A DNA stretch of 64,000 nt, from positions 1,472,048 through 1,536,047 of the forward strand of contig CAXXIA010000001.1 in the NCBI GenBank assembly GCA_963666985.2, given 5' to 3'. The stretch is from Spirochaetia bacterium. Lineage in GTDB: Bacteria > Spirochaetota > Spirochaetia > DSM-2461. Both the position numbers and the translations under genes were made by a program. Below are positions 28,555 through 37,255 of this stretch, piece after piece (within the stretch, counting starts at the first letter, position 1; each line of letters begins with the position of its first letter). A model generated the notes under the pieces. That model did no database searches and was not told the DNA's origin. It saw only the letters and a program-made list of their open reading frames with translations.

Positions 28555-28778
28555 AAACGGCGGATGCCGGCCCCGGCGGCGGGATATTCGGCATGCCGCG
28601 GGTATCCTGCCGGAAATCCGAAATACGTGATATGTTTCTCGGCAGGGCCCTCGTATGAGCGATGGGAAGAACCACCCAAAGGGCTTCTTTCCGTCACTCC
28701 TGCTTTCGGGTATACGGCCCATGCCGCCGGGAATCGACCGGTTTGATTCTCGGGCCTGCCTTTGAGGAAGGGTGGTTA

Positions 28779-30815
28779 GTGTCGGATATCAGCATCCCCG
28801 GAGTTTCGTCAAAATACAACACCTCAAAACTCATCGAAGACTTGGTTGCGGCCGAACGTATTCGCCTGACCCGCATGGAGGAGAATGTCTCCGAACTGGA
28901 GGAAACCCGCTCCACCTGGAGGCAGGTAAACATGGATCTGGGCGATTTGCAGCGTTCGGTGAAAAGCCTCTACGGATTTGACAATCCTTTTTCGGAAAAA
29001 AGCGCCGTAAGCTCAAACGAACGGATTTTAACGGCATCGGCCGGACGAACGGCGCCTTTCGACGAATATTCAATTACTGTAAAGCAAATAGCAACCGCCG
29101 ACAGGTTCATCACTCCGTCGCTGGACCGCTCATTCAGGATGGAAGGAGGAACCTATACCTTCCGGATTGGTGAAGATTCCATTTCACTGCGATACAGGGG
29201 GGGCACACTCGAAGATTTCGCCGCACGGCTTAACGCCAAAGGCGAAGGTCTGATTAAAGCCACCACGGTGCGTGATACATCCGAAACCCTGGTTCTGATG
29301 ATCGAAGCCGTCCCTACCGGCGCCGCGAACAGACTGATTTTTGAAGACGACGCGAAGGATTTCGGAATACGAACGGGGATGATGAGGCCGGCCCGAACGG
29401 CGGAAGGTTCGGTCGCGCTTGAAGATGTCGCCGCATCGCCGCAAACAGTTTCGGGAACACCGGCGCCGAAAGGAAGCATTGAACTCTCGGGGGAAGGCAT
29501 GGTCGTACGCCCCGGCGCATCGGTCAATTTGCCGTTTAATCCTCGGATGGAACTTGAAGAGGGAATGATTCTTGAATACTCCTTCCGGACGATTGAATAC
29601 AAAGATGACGAGCTCTCCCCGCCCGCTCCGCCGGGTCCGCTCTGGCCGGATGTTCCATCAGGCTCGTACCGCGGCCTCGAAGTCGCCAGTTCGCCCAACT
29701 CCTTTCCCATTCCCGAAGGTGAAAAGTGGGTACCGCCGGAGAGAAAAGACGACTGGAATGTTTTAACGGCCAACGGGCCGGAAGGAGCCGCCGAGCTGCC
29801 TCCGATTCAAGCGTCGGAATCCTTCAAAACGGTTCGGGTAAACGCCGAGAGCCTCCCCGGAGGGGTCGATTCCCTCGCTCTTGAAAATGGGAACACTCAT
29901 CGCGCCGTCGAGATAAAAGGAATCCGGCTGTACAATCCGAACAAGCAGGGCGATCTTGAACCGGTATCGCCGATCGACACCGCGGGAGACGCCATTATCG
30001 AATTCCGCGGAATCCAGGCCAGACGGTCCACGAACGACATCACCGATCTTGTCGACGGTCTCACATTACATCTCAAAAGGGCCTCGAACGAGCCGGTGGA
30101 TCTTTTAATCGAGCCTGATACCGAAGCGGCGAAGGAAGGCATTATCCGCTTTGTTTTTTCCTACAACCGAACCATAACGCGAGTTCTTGTTCTAACAACG
30201 GATAACGAGGAGGTTGTGGACGAACTCAGCTACTTAGACGACGATGAACGGGAGAAAATGCATGAACAGCTCGGAGCACTCAGAGGCGACATGACTCTCA
30301 ATCAGCTGAAGTCCCGTCTGCAGGGTATTGTATCCAACCCTTATCCCACCAGGGCCGGATCCGATTTGACTCTGCTGGCGCAGATCGGTGTTTCCACGGA
30401 TGCCTCTTCCGGCAGATCCGGGGGATCGATCGATCATTCGAAGCTTCGCGGCTACCTGGAAATCGATGAAGAAAAACTCGACGACTTTCTTACAAACAAT
30501 ATCGACGCCGTGAAAGATTTATTCGGAAACGACACAACCGGAGATTTGGTCGTCGACAGCGGCGTGGCCCGAGCCGTGGACGAATACTTAACCCCCTACA
30601 CGCAGACCGGGGGATTCGTCGGCATGCGTCTTTCCCGTATCGACAACCAAATCGATGATACGAAAGACGATATTGCCGATTACGAGGAATACCTGGAAGA
30701 TTACGAGGCTGACTTACGCAGACAATATGGTAATATGGAGGCTATGCTTAATCAGCTGGAGCATAGTTCCCAAGAATTGGATAATTTCAACCGCCAACAA
30801 AGCGGTAACCGCTGA
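28779..30815 (+). CDS. fliD: Flagellar filament cap protein FliD
   Basis: SDISIPGVSSKYNTSKLIEDL, VKQIATAD, GYLEIDEEKL, C-terminal coiled coil; GTG 28779 after GAGGAAGG. Confidence 0.9.
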   Translation: MSDISIPGVSSKYNTSKLIEDLVAAERIRLTRMEENVSELEETRSTWRQVNMDLGDLQRSVKSLYGFDNPFSEKSAVSSNERILTASAGRTAPFDEYSITVKQIATADRFITPSLDRSFRMEGGTYTFRIGEDSISLRYRGGTLEDFAARLNAKGEGLIKATTVRDTSETLVLMIEAVPTGAANRLIFEDDAKDFGIRTGMMRPARTAEGSVALEDVAASPQTVSGTPAPKGSIELSGEGMVVRPGASVNLPFNPRMELEEGMILEYSFRTIEYKDDELSPPAPPGPLWPDVPSGSYRGLEVASSPNSFPIPEGEKWVPPERKDDWNVLTANGPEGAAELPPIQASESFKTVRVNAESLPGGVDSLALENGNTHRAVEIKGIRLYNPNKQGDLEPVSPIDTAGDAIIEFRGIQARRSTNDITDLVDGLTLHLKRASNEPVDLLIEPDTEAAKEGIIRFVFSYNRTITRVLVLTTDNEEVVDELSYLDDDEREKMHEQLGALRGDMTLNQLKSRLQGIVSNPYPTRAGSDLTLLAQIGVSTDASSGRSGGSIDHSKLRGYLEIDEEKLDDFLTNNIDAVKDLFGNDTTGDLVVDSGVARAVDEYLTPYTQTGGFVGMRLSRIDNQIDDTKDDIADYEEYLEDYEADLRRQYGNMEAMLNQLEHSSQELDNFNRQQSGNR

Positions 30816-30826
30816 GAGGAACCGGC

Positions 30827-31693
30827 ATGAATATCACGATCAACGGAGAAAACCTGGATTTCTCTTTAGAAAACGAAAGCACCGCCGGAGAAGTGGCGGA
30901 CGGCGTGGCCGGCTGGCTTGAAAAAACCGGAATGATTATCGGGGGGATTTCCCTGGACGGAAAAGCCGCTCTCCTTGCGGACGAGCTCTGGAGAAAAACA
31001 CCGATCGAAACCATAGGATCGATGGATTTTGAAGCGTTGAGCTATCGGGAAGGCGTCGCCCGCAGGCTTGAGACGGCCCGGGATTATTTTATTCTGCTGA
31101 AAGAATCCGCTGAAGCCGGCAATATCGACGCCTTATCGGAACTCTCCAAGAGTTACGTTGATTTAAATCATATAATGCCGTCGCTTCTCGATGAAAAAGG
31201 ACGTCCGGCGCTGGTGCCCCTCATGGAAGAACGGCTGGCTGAAGCGGGTTTTCCCCTTGAAGCGAAGGGAGAAACGGATTTGACCGCAATAGCCGCCGAA
31301 GCGACGAATCTGGCCGTTGTTCTGGACGCCAGGTGGAAAGAGGCCGCCGATCCGGAAAAAGAAGCCGCTTCGGCATCGGCGGCCCTGCTCGCCCTCTCCG
31401 GCAGCCTCGAAGATGTCGCGGTCCTGCTCCAGACGGGCAAAGACAAACGCGCCATGGATACCATCATCAGGCTTACGGAACTTCTTCAAGCGCTGATGAG
31501 ATCGCTCAAATGGATCAATTACGACGAATCCGTCGAAAAGATCATTGAGGATTTCGCCGGGATTCTCTCGGAACTGGAAGAAGCCCTTAAGGCCGGAGAC
31601 ACCATTTTAATCGGCGATCTGATGGAATACGAAATTAAACCGCGCCTTGAGGAACTACCGGACAGGCTGCATAAGGGAAAGGCCGCAACATGA
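30827..31693 (+). CDS. Conserved hypothetical protein downstream of fliD
   Basis: 288-aa ORF with RBS; C-terminal DTILIGDLMEYEIKPRL helical motif. Confidence 0.65.
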   Translation: MNITINGENLDFSLENESTAGEVADGVAGWLEKTGMIIGGISLDGKAALLADELWRKTPIETIGSMDFEALSYREGVARRLETARDYFILLKESAEAGNIDALSELSKSYVDLNHIMPSLLDEKGRPALVPLMEERLAEAGFPLEAKGETDLTAIAAEATNLAVVLDARWKEAADPEKEAASASAALLALSGSLEDVAVLLQTGKDKRAMDTIIRLTELLQALMRSLKWINYDESVEKIIEDFAGILSELEEALKAGDTILIGDLMEYEIKPRLEELPDRLHKGKAAT

Positions 31694-32775
31694 TATCCAT
31701 CCCCCTGCTGCAAAGTTCATTCTATCAAACAAAAACGGATTGGAAGACGATGGCCATACTCGGCGGGATTGTCGCCGCGGTCATTATTTTTCTCGCGGTT
31801 TACAGTCATGCATCATCGGGTCCCATGAAGGGACGGGGCGGAAAACGATTCAGCAAGAGACAGTTCCGCCGCGATGCGGCGGCCATCGGATTAACAAAAT
31901 ACCAGACACGGCTTCTTGAAAGCTTCATCCGGACATACCAAGTCCGCCGTCCGTTCAATCTCCTTTCGAATACGCGGGAACTGAATATTACTCTGGGCAA
32001 AGCGCTTCGCGACATCGAACACATGGAGGCCAAGGAATCGGTTATCGAGGAACGAAAACTCGAGATATACAGGATTAAGCAGCGTATCGACCGAATCTTT
32101 GCCGACACCAATCGGATGGCCTCCACAAAGCAGCTCAGGCTGGGACAGAACATTACTTTTCAGCAGGAAAACGGCAACCGATTCACATCCGTCATCACGG
32201 CCAATCTCAAAGAATTTTACTGCGCCCAGGTACCCATGAATTTCGGCGGCGAGCAGGTTAAGTGGCGCAAGGGAAACAAAATCAGGCTCTTTATCTGGGG
32301 CATCGACGGCGAAGAGATGATGTTTGAATCCAAAGTCCTCGGATATACCAATGTTAAACGCATCAGCAGCGTCATGCTCAGCCATACAAGCAGAGTCAAC
32401 AGAGCCATTCAGAGAAAGTACAGGCGCCGCCCGATCAAAGGACAATGCTCCTTCTTCCCCGTCCGCATCGTTGAAAAAGGCGTCGGCAGAAAGGTAACGC
32501 GTCAGGCGGTCGTGATGAGCAACCAGGGGCGTATCGGTTCCATGATCGATATTTCAGCGGGAGGCTGTGCGGTGGCAAGCCATAAGCCTCTGCCCAGAGG
32601 AGAACTGATAAAAATCACCTTTGAACCGCAGCGGGGCAATCCTGTTGTGGCCTTTGGAAAAATCGTCGACAGCCGCATGCTGAGCAGAAGCAAAACGACT
32701 CTGCACATTATGTTTACGCGGGCATCAAGCAAGAATCTGAATAAAATCAACGAATACGTTTACGATTTCAGCTGA
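31690..32775 (+). CDS. Membrane-anchored PilZ-domain protein
   Basis: N-terminal TM (ILGGIVAAVIIFLAVY); QRKYRR (RxxxR) and DISAGG. Confidence 0.8.
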   Translation: MISIPLLQSSFYQTKTDWKTMAILGGIVAAVIIFLAVYSHASSGPMKGRGGKRFSKRQFRRDAAAIGLTKYQTRLLESFIRTYQVRRPFNLLSNTRELNITLGKALRDIEHMEAKESVIEERKLEIYRIKQRIDRIFADTNRMASTKQLRLGQNITFQQENGNRFTSVITANLKEFYCAQVPMNFGGEQVKWRKGNKIRLFIWGIDGEEMMFESKVLGYTNVKRISSVMLSHTSRVNRAIQRKYRRRPIKGQCSFFPVRIVEKGVGRKVTRQAVVMSNQGRIGSMIDISAGGCAVASHKPLPRGELIKITFEPQRGNPVVAFGKIVDSRMLSRSKTTLHIMFTRASSKNLNKINEYVYDFS

Positions 32776-32849
32776 TCAGAACCGGAAGTTCGACGCTTTT
32801 CTTTTTCTCTCTTGACCCGCTTGCCGGGCGAAATTATTCTTTGAACTAT

Positions 32850-33113
32850 ATGAAAATCCACGGTATTGAACAACTGACGAAGAAAGACATCCCTCTCTAC
32901 TACCGCAATGAATATGAAGGTCTCGGCGACATGGAATTCCCAACCGGAGACCGAATCTGCATTCCTCTTGAATTCTCGGTGGAAATAAAACCGACGGGAG
33001 AGAGAGCCGTTTCGGTGAAAATTAAAGACCGAATCGACTATCCCCTGCTTCCGATTATCAAAGCTCTGAAAGAAAAAATTCTTCTTTTGGAAAAAGACGG
33101 CGCGTTACGGTGA
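32850..33113 (+). CDS. Small conserved hypothetical protein
   Basis: 87 aa, stop overlaps tsaE start; TTGACC-17 nt-TATTCT promoter upstream. Confidence 0.65.
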   Translation: MKIHGIEQLTKKDIPLYYRNEYEGLGDMEFPTGDRICIPLEFSVEIKPTGERAVSVKIKDRIDYPLLPIIKALKEKILLLEKDGALR

Positions 33114-33541
33114 ATGAGATTATTAGCCTCAATGCCGAGCAAACGCGGGAAGCGGGTCGAAACCTTGGCAAGGGTTTGCGTAAAGGTGATATTCTGGCCC
33201 TCAGCGGCCCTTTGGGAGCCGGGAAAACAGTTTTTGCCCAGGGAGTCGCCGAAGCTTTGGGCATCAGAGAACACGTAACCAGTCCGACGTTCACGCTTAT
33301 TAGCGAATATTACGGTACGATGCCGTTTTATCATATGGATCTCTACAGATTGGGGACTCCCGAGGAATTCGCCTGGCTCGGCGTTGAAGAAATGCTGAAC
33401 GGCGAGGGCATCACCCTCATCGAATGGAGCGAACGCGCGGAAAGTGAAATACCCGAGAGAGCCATCCGCATCTCAATCGCCGTAAACGGGGACGGAACTC
33501 GAAAAATCTCTGTTTTAAAAGGCGCCGATGAAGCCGCATGA
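33110..33541 (+). CDS. tsaE: tRNA t6A biosynthesis ATPase TsaE
   Basis: GPLGAGKT, VTSPTFTL, HMDLYRL, IEWSE. Confidence 0.95.
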   Translation: MNEIISLNAEQTREAGRNLGKGLRKGDILALSGPLGAGKTVFAQGVAEALGIREHVTSPTFTLISEYYGTMPFYHMDLYRLGTPEEFAWLGVEEMLNGEGITLIEWSERAESEIPERAIRISIAVNGDGTRKISVLKGADEAA

Positions 33542-34200
33542 ATGTACTGGCCTTGGAAACATCGGGAAAAATCGTCTCGGTCTCCGTAATCACGGATAAA
33601 AATCGTATCGAAACAACCGTTGATAACGGCTTCAAACACGGTGAAACGCTGATGCCCCTCGTATCGGCCGTAATGGAATTTGCGCATATCAAACCGGCCG
33701 AACTGGACCTTGTGGCCTGTTCCAAAGGTCCCGGTTCCTTTACGGGCTTAAGAATCGGCATGGCCACGGCCAAGGGCATCGCCCGGGGCGCCGGATGTGC
33801 CCTCAAAGCGGTGCCTACCCTGCCGCTGTTCGCCGCCGGACGCGAGCATTGGCCCGGATTCGTCGTTCCCGTCATGGATGCCCGGAAAAAACGCGTCTAC
33901 GCCGCCGCTTTCCGCGCCGGTAAGCGCATTCGGGATGATTCCGATGTTCCGCTGAGCGAGTTCCTTTCCTCGCTGCCGGGAAACGAACCGATTCTGATAA
34001 CCGGATTCGACGCGCTCATCGCCAAAGATTTTCCGCGCGTTGTTATCGATCCGCTGCATAACTCCACCCGAGGGACATCTCTGGCCCTCGCCGCAATAAA
34101 AGCCCTGGAGAGTGAAGGTCCCGATTCCGGCGACGTCGGCCCTCTTTATCTGCGCTTAAGCGAAGCCGAGGCGGCCTTGGCGCAAAGAGTCGACTCATGA
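33538..34200 (+). CDS. tsaB: tRNA t6A biosynthesis protein TsaB
   Basis: LALETS, GPGSFTGLRIG, DARKKRVY, PLYLR. Confidence 0.95.
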   Translation: MNVLALETSGKIVSVSVITDKNRIETTVDNGFKHGETLMPLVSAVMEFAHIKPAELDLVACSKGPGSFTGLRIGMATAKGIARGAGCALKAVPTLPLFAAGREHWPGFVVPVMDARKKRVYAAAFRAGKRIRDDSDVPLSEFLSSLPGNEPILITGFDALIAKDFPRVVIDPLHNSTRGTSLALAAIKALESEGPDSGDVGPLYLRLSEAEAALAQRVDS

Positions 34201-35288
34201 CGAATCCCGTTTTCAATAACGATGAAGAACAGCCGGAAGAACTTCTTGAACTCCTGGAAGAAGATGTTGAGGATCTTGAGGAACTTGTAGAAACGTCGGC
34301 GACGGCATTAGATTCCCTACCGGCAGAATGGCTTAACAACCTTGAGAAATCGCCGCTTCCTTCGCTTGTCATGGATTCCGAACTGGTTATTCGCTGGCGA
34401 AACGAATCGTTCCGAACTTTCAGGGAAACCGAGGGGCTCTCTTACGTCGGCCGGCCCTTCCATGCTCTCTTTACAACGTTCGCGGAACAAAAGGCCCGAA
34501 GCGAGCTTATCGACAATCTCCAAGATGTAAAGAAAGGGTATTCCTGGCAGGGACGCGTGGACGGAAGAGGACATCGAAACAGACTCTTCCAAGCTTCTCT
34601 CTCGGTGCTTCCCTTCTGTCCCTTCGAATCACATCCGAAATGGTATCTTGCCGTAGTATCGGATTTAACCGATTCCTTCAAATCCATCGTCCGGGCGAAT
34701 TTCGACAGCATTCTTCAGGCATCTCTGCTCAAGGACGAAGACACGGGAGTTCATGTAAACCGCGTCAACGCTTATTCGAAGGCTATTGCCCGGGAACTCA
34801 AAGGCGATCCCCGCTGGATAGAAGTGGACGAAGACTTCATTGAGGACATCGGTTTTCTGGCCGCCTTTCACGATGTGGGGAAAATCGGAACTCCCGAGGT
34901 GATTCTTCACAAAAACGGAGGACTCAACGAAGAAGAATGGGAAGTCATGAAAGAACATCCGATCAACGGAGCCCTCATCCTCGACGCGCATCCCAATCCC
35001 ATGGCGAAAGAAATCGCCCGATCCCATCATGAACGATGGGACGGCACCGGATATCCCTTCGGGCAGGCGGGTGACGACATTCCCCTCTCGGGCCGTATTG
35101 TCGCGATTGCGGACGTTTACGATGCCCTGAGAACCCGCAGGCCCTATAAGGAACCGTTCAGCGAAGAAAAGACGACTTCCCTCATCGTTAAAGATTCAGG
35201 AACGCATTTCGATCCGGGAATCATCGACGTTTTTTTATCAATCAGAGAAAAGTTCAACGGAATTTTTGAAGAATTTCAGGACGAATAG
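34197..35288 (+). CDS. PAS-like + HD-GYP c-di-GMP phosphodiesterase
   Basis: TGVHVNRV, HDVGKIG, HHERWDGTGYP, IADVYDAL, HFDP; N-terminal PAS-like segment. Confidence 0.88.
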   Translation: MTNPVFNNDEEQPEELLELLEEDVEDLEELVETSATALDSLPAEWLNNLEKSPLPSLVMDSELVIRWRNESFRTFRETEGLSYVGRPFHALFTTFAEQKARSELIDNLQDVKKGYSWQGRVDGRGHRNRLFQASLSVLPFCPFESHPKWYLAVVSDLTDSFKSIVRANFDSILQASLLKDEDTGVHVNRVNAYSKAIARELKGDPRWIEVDEDFIEDIGFLAAFHDVGKIGTPEVILHKNGGLNEEEWEVMKEHPINGALILDAHPNPMAKEIARSHHERWDGTGYPFGQAGDDIPLSGRIVAIADVYDALRTRRPYKEPFSEEKTTSLIVKDSGTHFDPGIIDVFLSIREKFNGIFEEFQDE

Positions 35289-35305
35289 GGCGATTTCACT
35301 CGCCT

Positions 35306-35551
35306 CTAAGATCGGCTTTTCGATGACGTATCGGAATCACCGATAATAAGTTCCGGCAATTCGGCGGGCGCCGAAACCGCGGCCCTGTTCTCGGCCTGCA
35401 TGGCCATGAACACCTCATTCCGGTACACCTTAACATCCCGCGGAGCTTTAATGCCGAGTTTGACTTGATCGCCCTTGATATCCACCACGGACACTTCGAT
35501 GCGCCCGTCGATAATCACGCTTTCGTCTTTGCGCCTGGAAAGAATCAGCAT
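35306..35551 (-). CDS. csrA: Carbon storage regulator CsrA
   Basis: MLILSRRKDESVII...VKLGIKAPRDVKVYRNEV. Confidence 0.95.
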   Translation of the reverse strand: MLILSRRKDESVIIDGRIEVSVVDIKGDQVKLGIKAPRDVKVYRNEVFMAMQAENRAAVSAPAELPELIIGDSDTSSKSRS

Positions 35552-36000
35552 GCGTCCTTCCCTGTGGAAGCCATTTCCTCGAGAATATTATGCCGAACAC
35601 ACCAACGGTCGTCTCTGGCGATGCACTGGCGCCCGATCCGCTCATCCTTGTTGATAATCACCGGTCCCTGGAGGTTGGCGGTCATGCCCCGGCGGTCCTC
35701 CGGTATGGTTACGATGGAAAATTGAAGAAACCGGGAATCTCCGGTTCCTTCCAGATGGAGCTCCTCCAGATCCTGAGGATCAAGATCCGCATCGTAGTCC
35801 GCTCGAATCAGCTTCGGATCCATCAGAACAAACGCCACTTCCCTCACTTGAGTGGATTGAAGCCAGTAAAAAGGACGCTGCCTGGCGTCCAGCAGGATGT
35901 AATCCGTCAGTCCCTCGAATCCATACAGCCCCGAAGGCAGCAGAATCCGCTGCCTCTCGTCGACTTCCACCTCTCCGTACGCCTTCGTATCAACCGTCAT
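35545..36000 (-). CDS. fliW: Flagellar assembly factor FliW
   Basis: GLYGFE, FYWLQS, MTANLQGPVIIN; adjacent to csrA. Confidence 0.93.
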   Translation of the reverse strand: MTVDTKAYGEVEVDERQRILLPSGLYGFEGLTDYILLDARQRPFYWLQSTQVREVAFVLMDPKLIRADYDADLDPQDLEELHLEGTGDSRFLQFSIVTIPEDRRGMTANLQGPVIINKDERIGRQCIARDDRWCVRHNILEEMASTGKDAC

Positions 36001-36004
36001 CAAT

Positions 36005-37252
36005 TTACCTTAAAAAATCCATCAAAGTGGTTTGGAGAACCCGTCCGGCCACCTGGTAGGAAGCTTTCCGGGTGTATTCGAGCATGCTCATCTCCGTGAT
36101 GGCCTGTGTTACATCCAAATCCGCGAGTTTTGATTTCCAGTCGCCTAAAGAGCCGGCTTCCTCGGCAAGGCGGCTCGATGCGAATTCCAGTCTCTCGGTT
36201 TTTGCTCCCAAATCGGCGAGATTGCGAAGCATGGAATTCAGTCCCTTATCCAATCCGCCGACGACGGCGCCGCCGATTCGCTCCTGATCGCCCTGCAGCA
36301 GAGCGTCCCGAAGCGCCAGAGCCTGATCGAAAAGGCTTCCTCCCGACACCATGGCGTCAGGATGCCAGTTCCGCGGAACTCCGGTGGGATCAACATCCGT
36401 AAGCAGTCCCACATCCGATAAAGCGGTTCCTTCGACAGGTTCAATCCATATCTGATGAGGAATGGTCGTTTCCAGATTCAAGGAACCGGTAACCGGATCG
36501 ATGGAAGCCTTAACGGCCGCGCCGGCGTCGTTGATTTTCCTCACAACCGTATGAATGTTGTCTCCCGGTTCCAGAACCACCTGCTTGCCGTCCAGGACGA
36601 AACGATTGGTCTCGTCGACGACAAAGCCTTCGGTGTCCCTGGCGCCGAAAACCTGCTGATGATCGGCCCAGAACACTTCGTTTCCGCGAAGGTTCGTTTC
36701 CACGCTGTGTCCGTCGGTAATTTCCGTCTCGCTTCGGCTTTGGGCACCCGCGTAAGACACGGTGGTTATGGAAGTATTGCTCAGTCCCGGAACCCGTCCC
36801 GTACCGACCAAAAACGGCGGTGTGGACACATCGTCGCCGGAAAAAAGGTATTGTCCGTCGCCGCCTTTGGCGTTCACCACATTCGCCAGCTCGGAAACAA
36901 GGGCATCCGCCTCCACGGCCATGTAATTCAAATCTTCGCGCGCATAGGTACCGGTCGCGCCCTGAATGGAGAGTTCCCTCAGTCTCTGAACGATGGAAAC
37001 GGCCTCATTCATATATCCTTCCGCCTGAGACCAGCGGCCCCGGACATAGTCGATATTGGCCAAATAGCGTTCCACGCGCTTGCCCGCCGAATCGAGCCGG
37101 GTAACATGGGCCGCGTCCACGGGTGCGTCGCGCAGGTTGTTCATGGACCGGCTGGAAGCGATACCGCGCTGAACCTGATCCATCCTGAAATCACGCTCGG
37201 ACATCCTGAAGCGGTTGTCGAGCATCGGCATATTCGTACTGATTCTCTGCAT
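36005..37252 (-). CDS. flgL: Flagellar hook-associated protein 3
   Basis: MQRISTNM, GQYLFSG, LADLDVTQAITE, TLMDFLR. Confidence 0.92.
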   Translation of the reverse strand: MQRISTNMPMLDNRFRMSERDFRMDQVQRGIASSRSMNNLRDAPVDAAHVTRLDSAGKRVERYLANIDYVRGRWSQAEGYMNEAVSIVQRLRELSIQGATGTYAREDLNYMAVEADALVSELANVVNAKGGDGQYLFSGDDVSTPPFLVGTGRVPGLSNTSITTVSYAGAQSRSETEITDGHSVETNLRGNEVFWADHQQVFGARDTEGFVVDETNRFVLDGKQVVLEPGDNIHTVVRKINDAGAAVKASIDPVTGSLNLETTIPHQIWIEPVEGTALSDVGLLTDVDPTGVPRNWHPDAMVSGGSLFDQALALRDALLQGDQERIGGAVVGGLDKGLNSMLRNLADLGAKTERLEFASSRLAEEAGSLGDWKSKLADLDVTQAITEMSMLEYTRKASYQVAGRVLQTTLMDFLR

Positions 37253-37255
37253 CTA

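Noticed and set aside
26841..28778. c-di-GMP riboswitch in the flagellar spacers
   Set aside because: No class I (GGCAAA...GACGCAAA) or class II consensus recognisable by eye
28662..28778. Long N-terminal extensions in the ORF track (fliD, hydrolase 5935, dapA, infC, trxB, 42657, ATPase 55350)
   Set aside because: Downstream starts have better RBS or promoter context and match family N-termini
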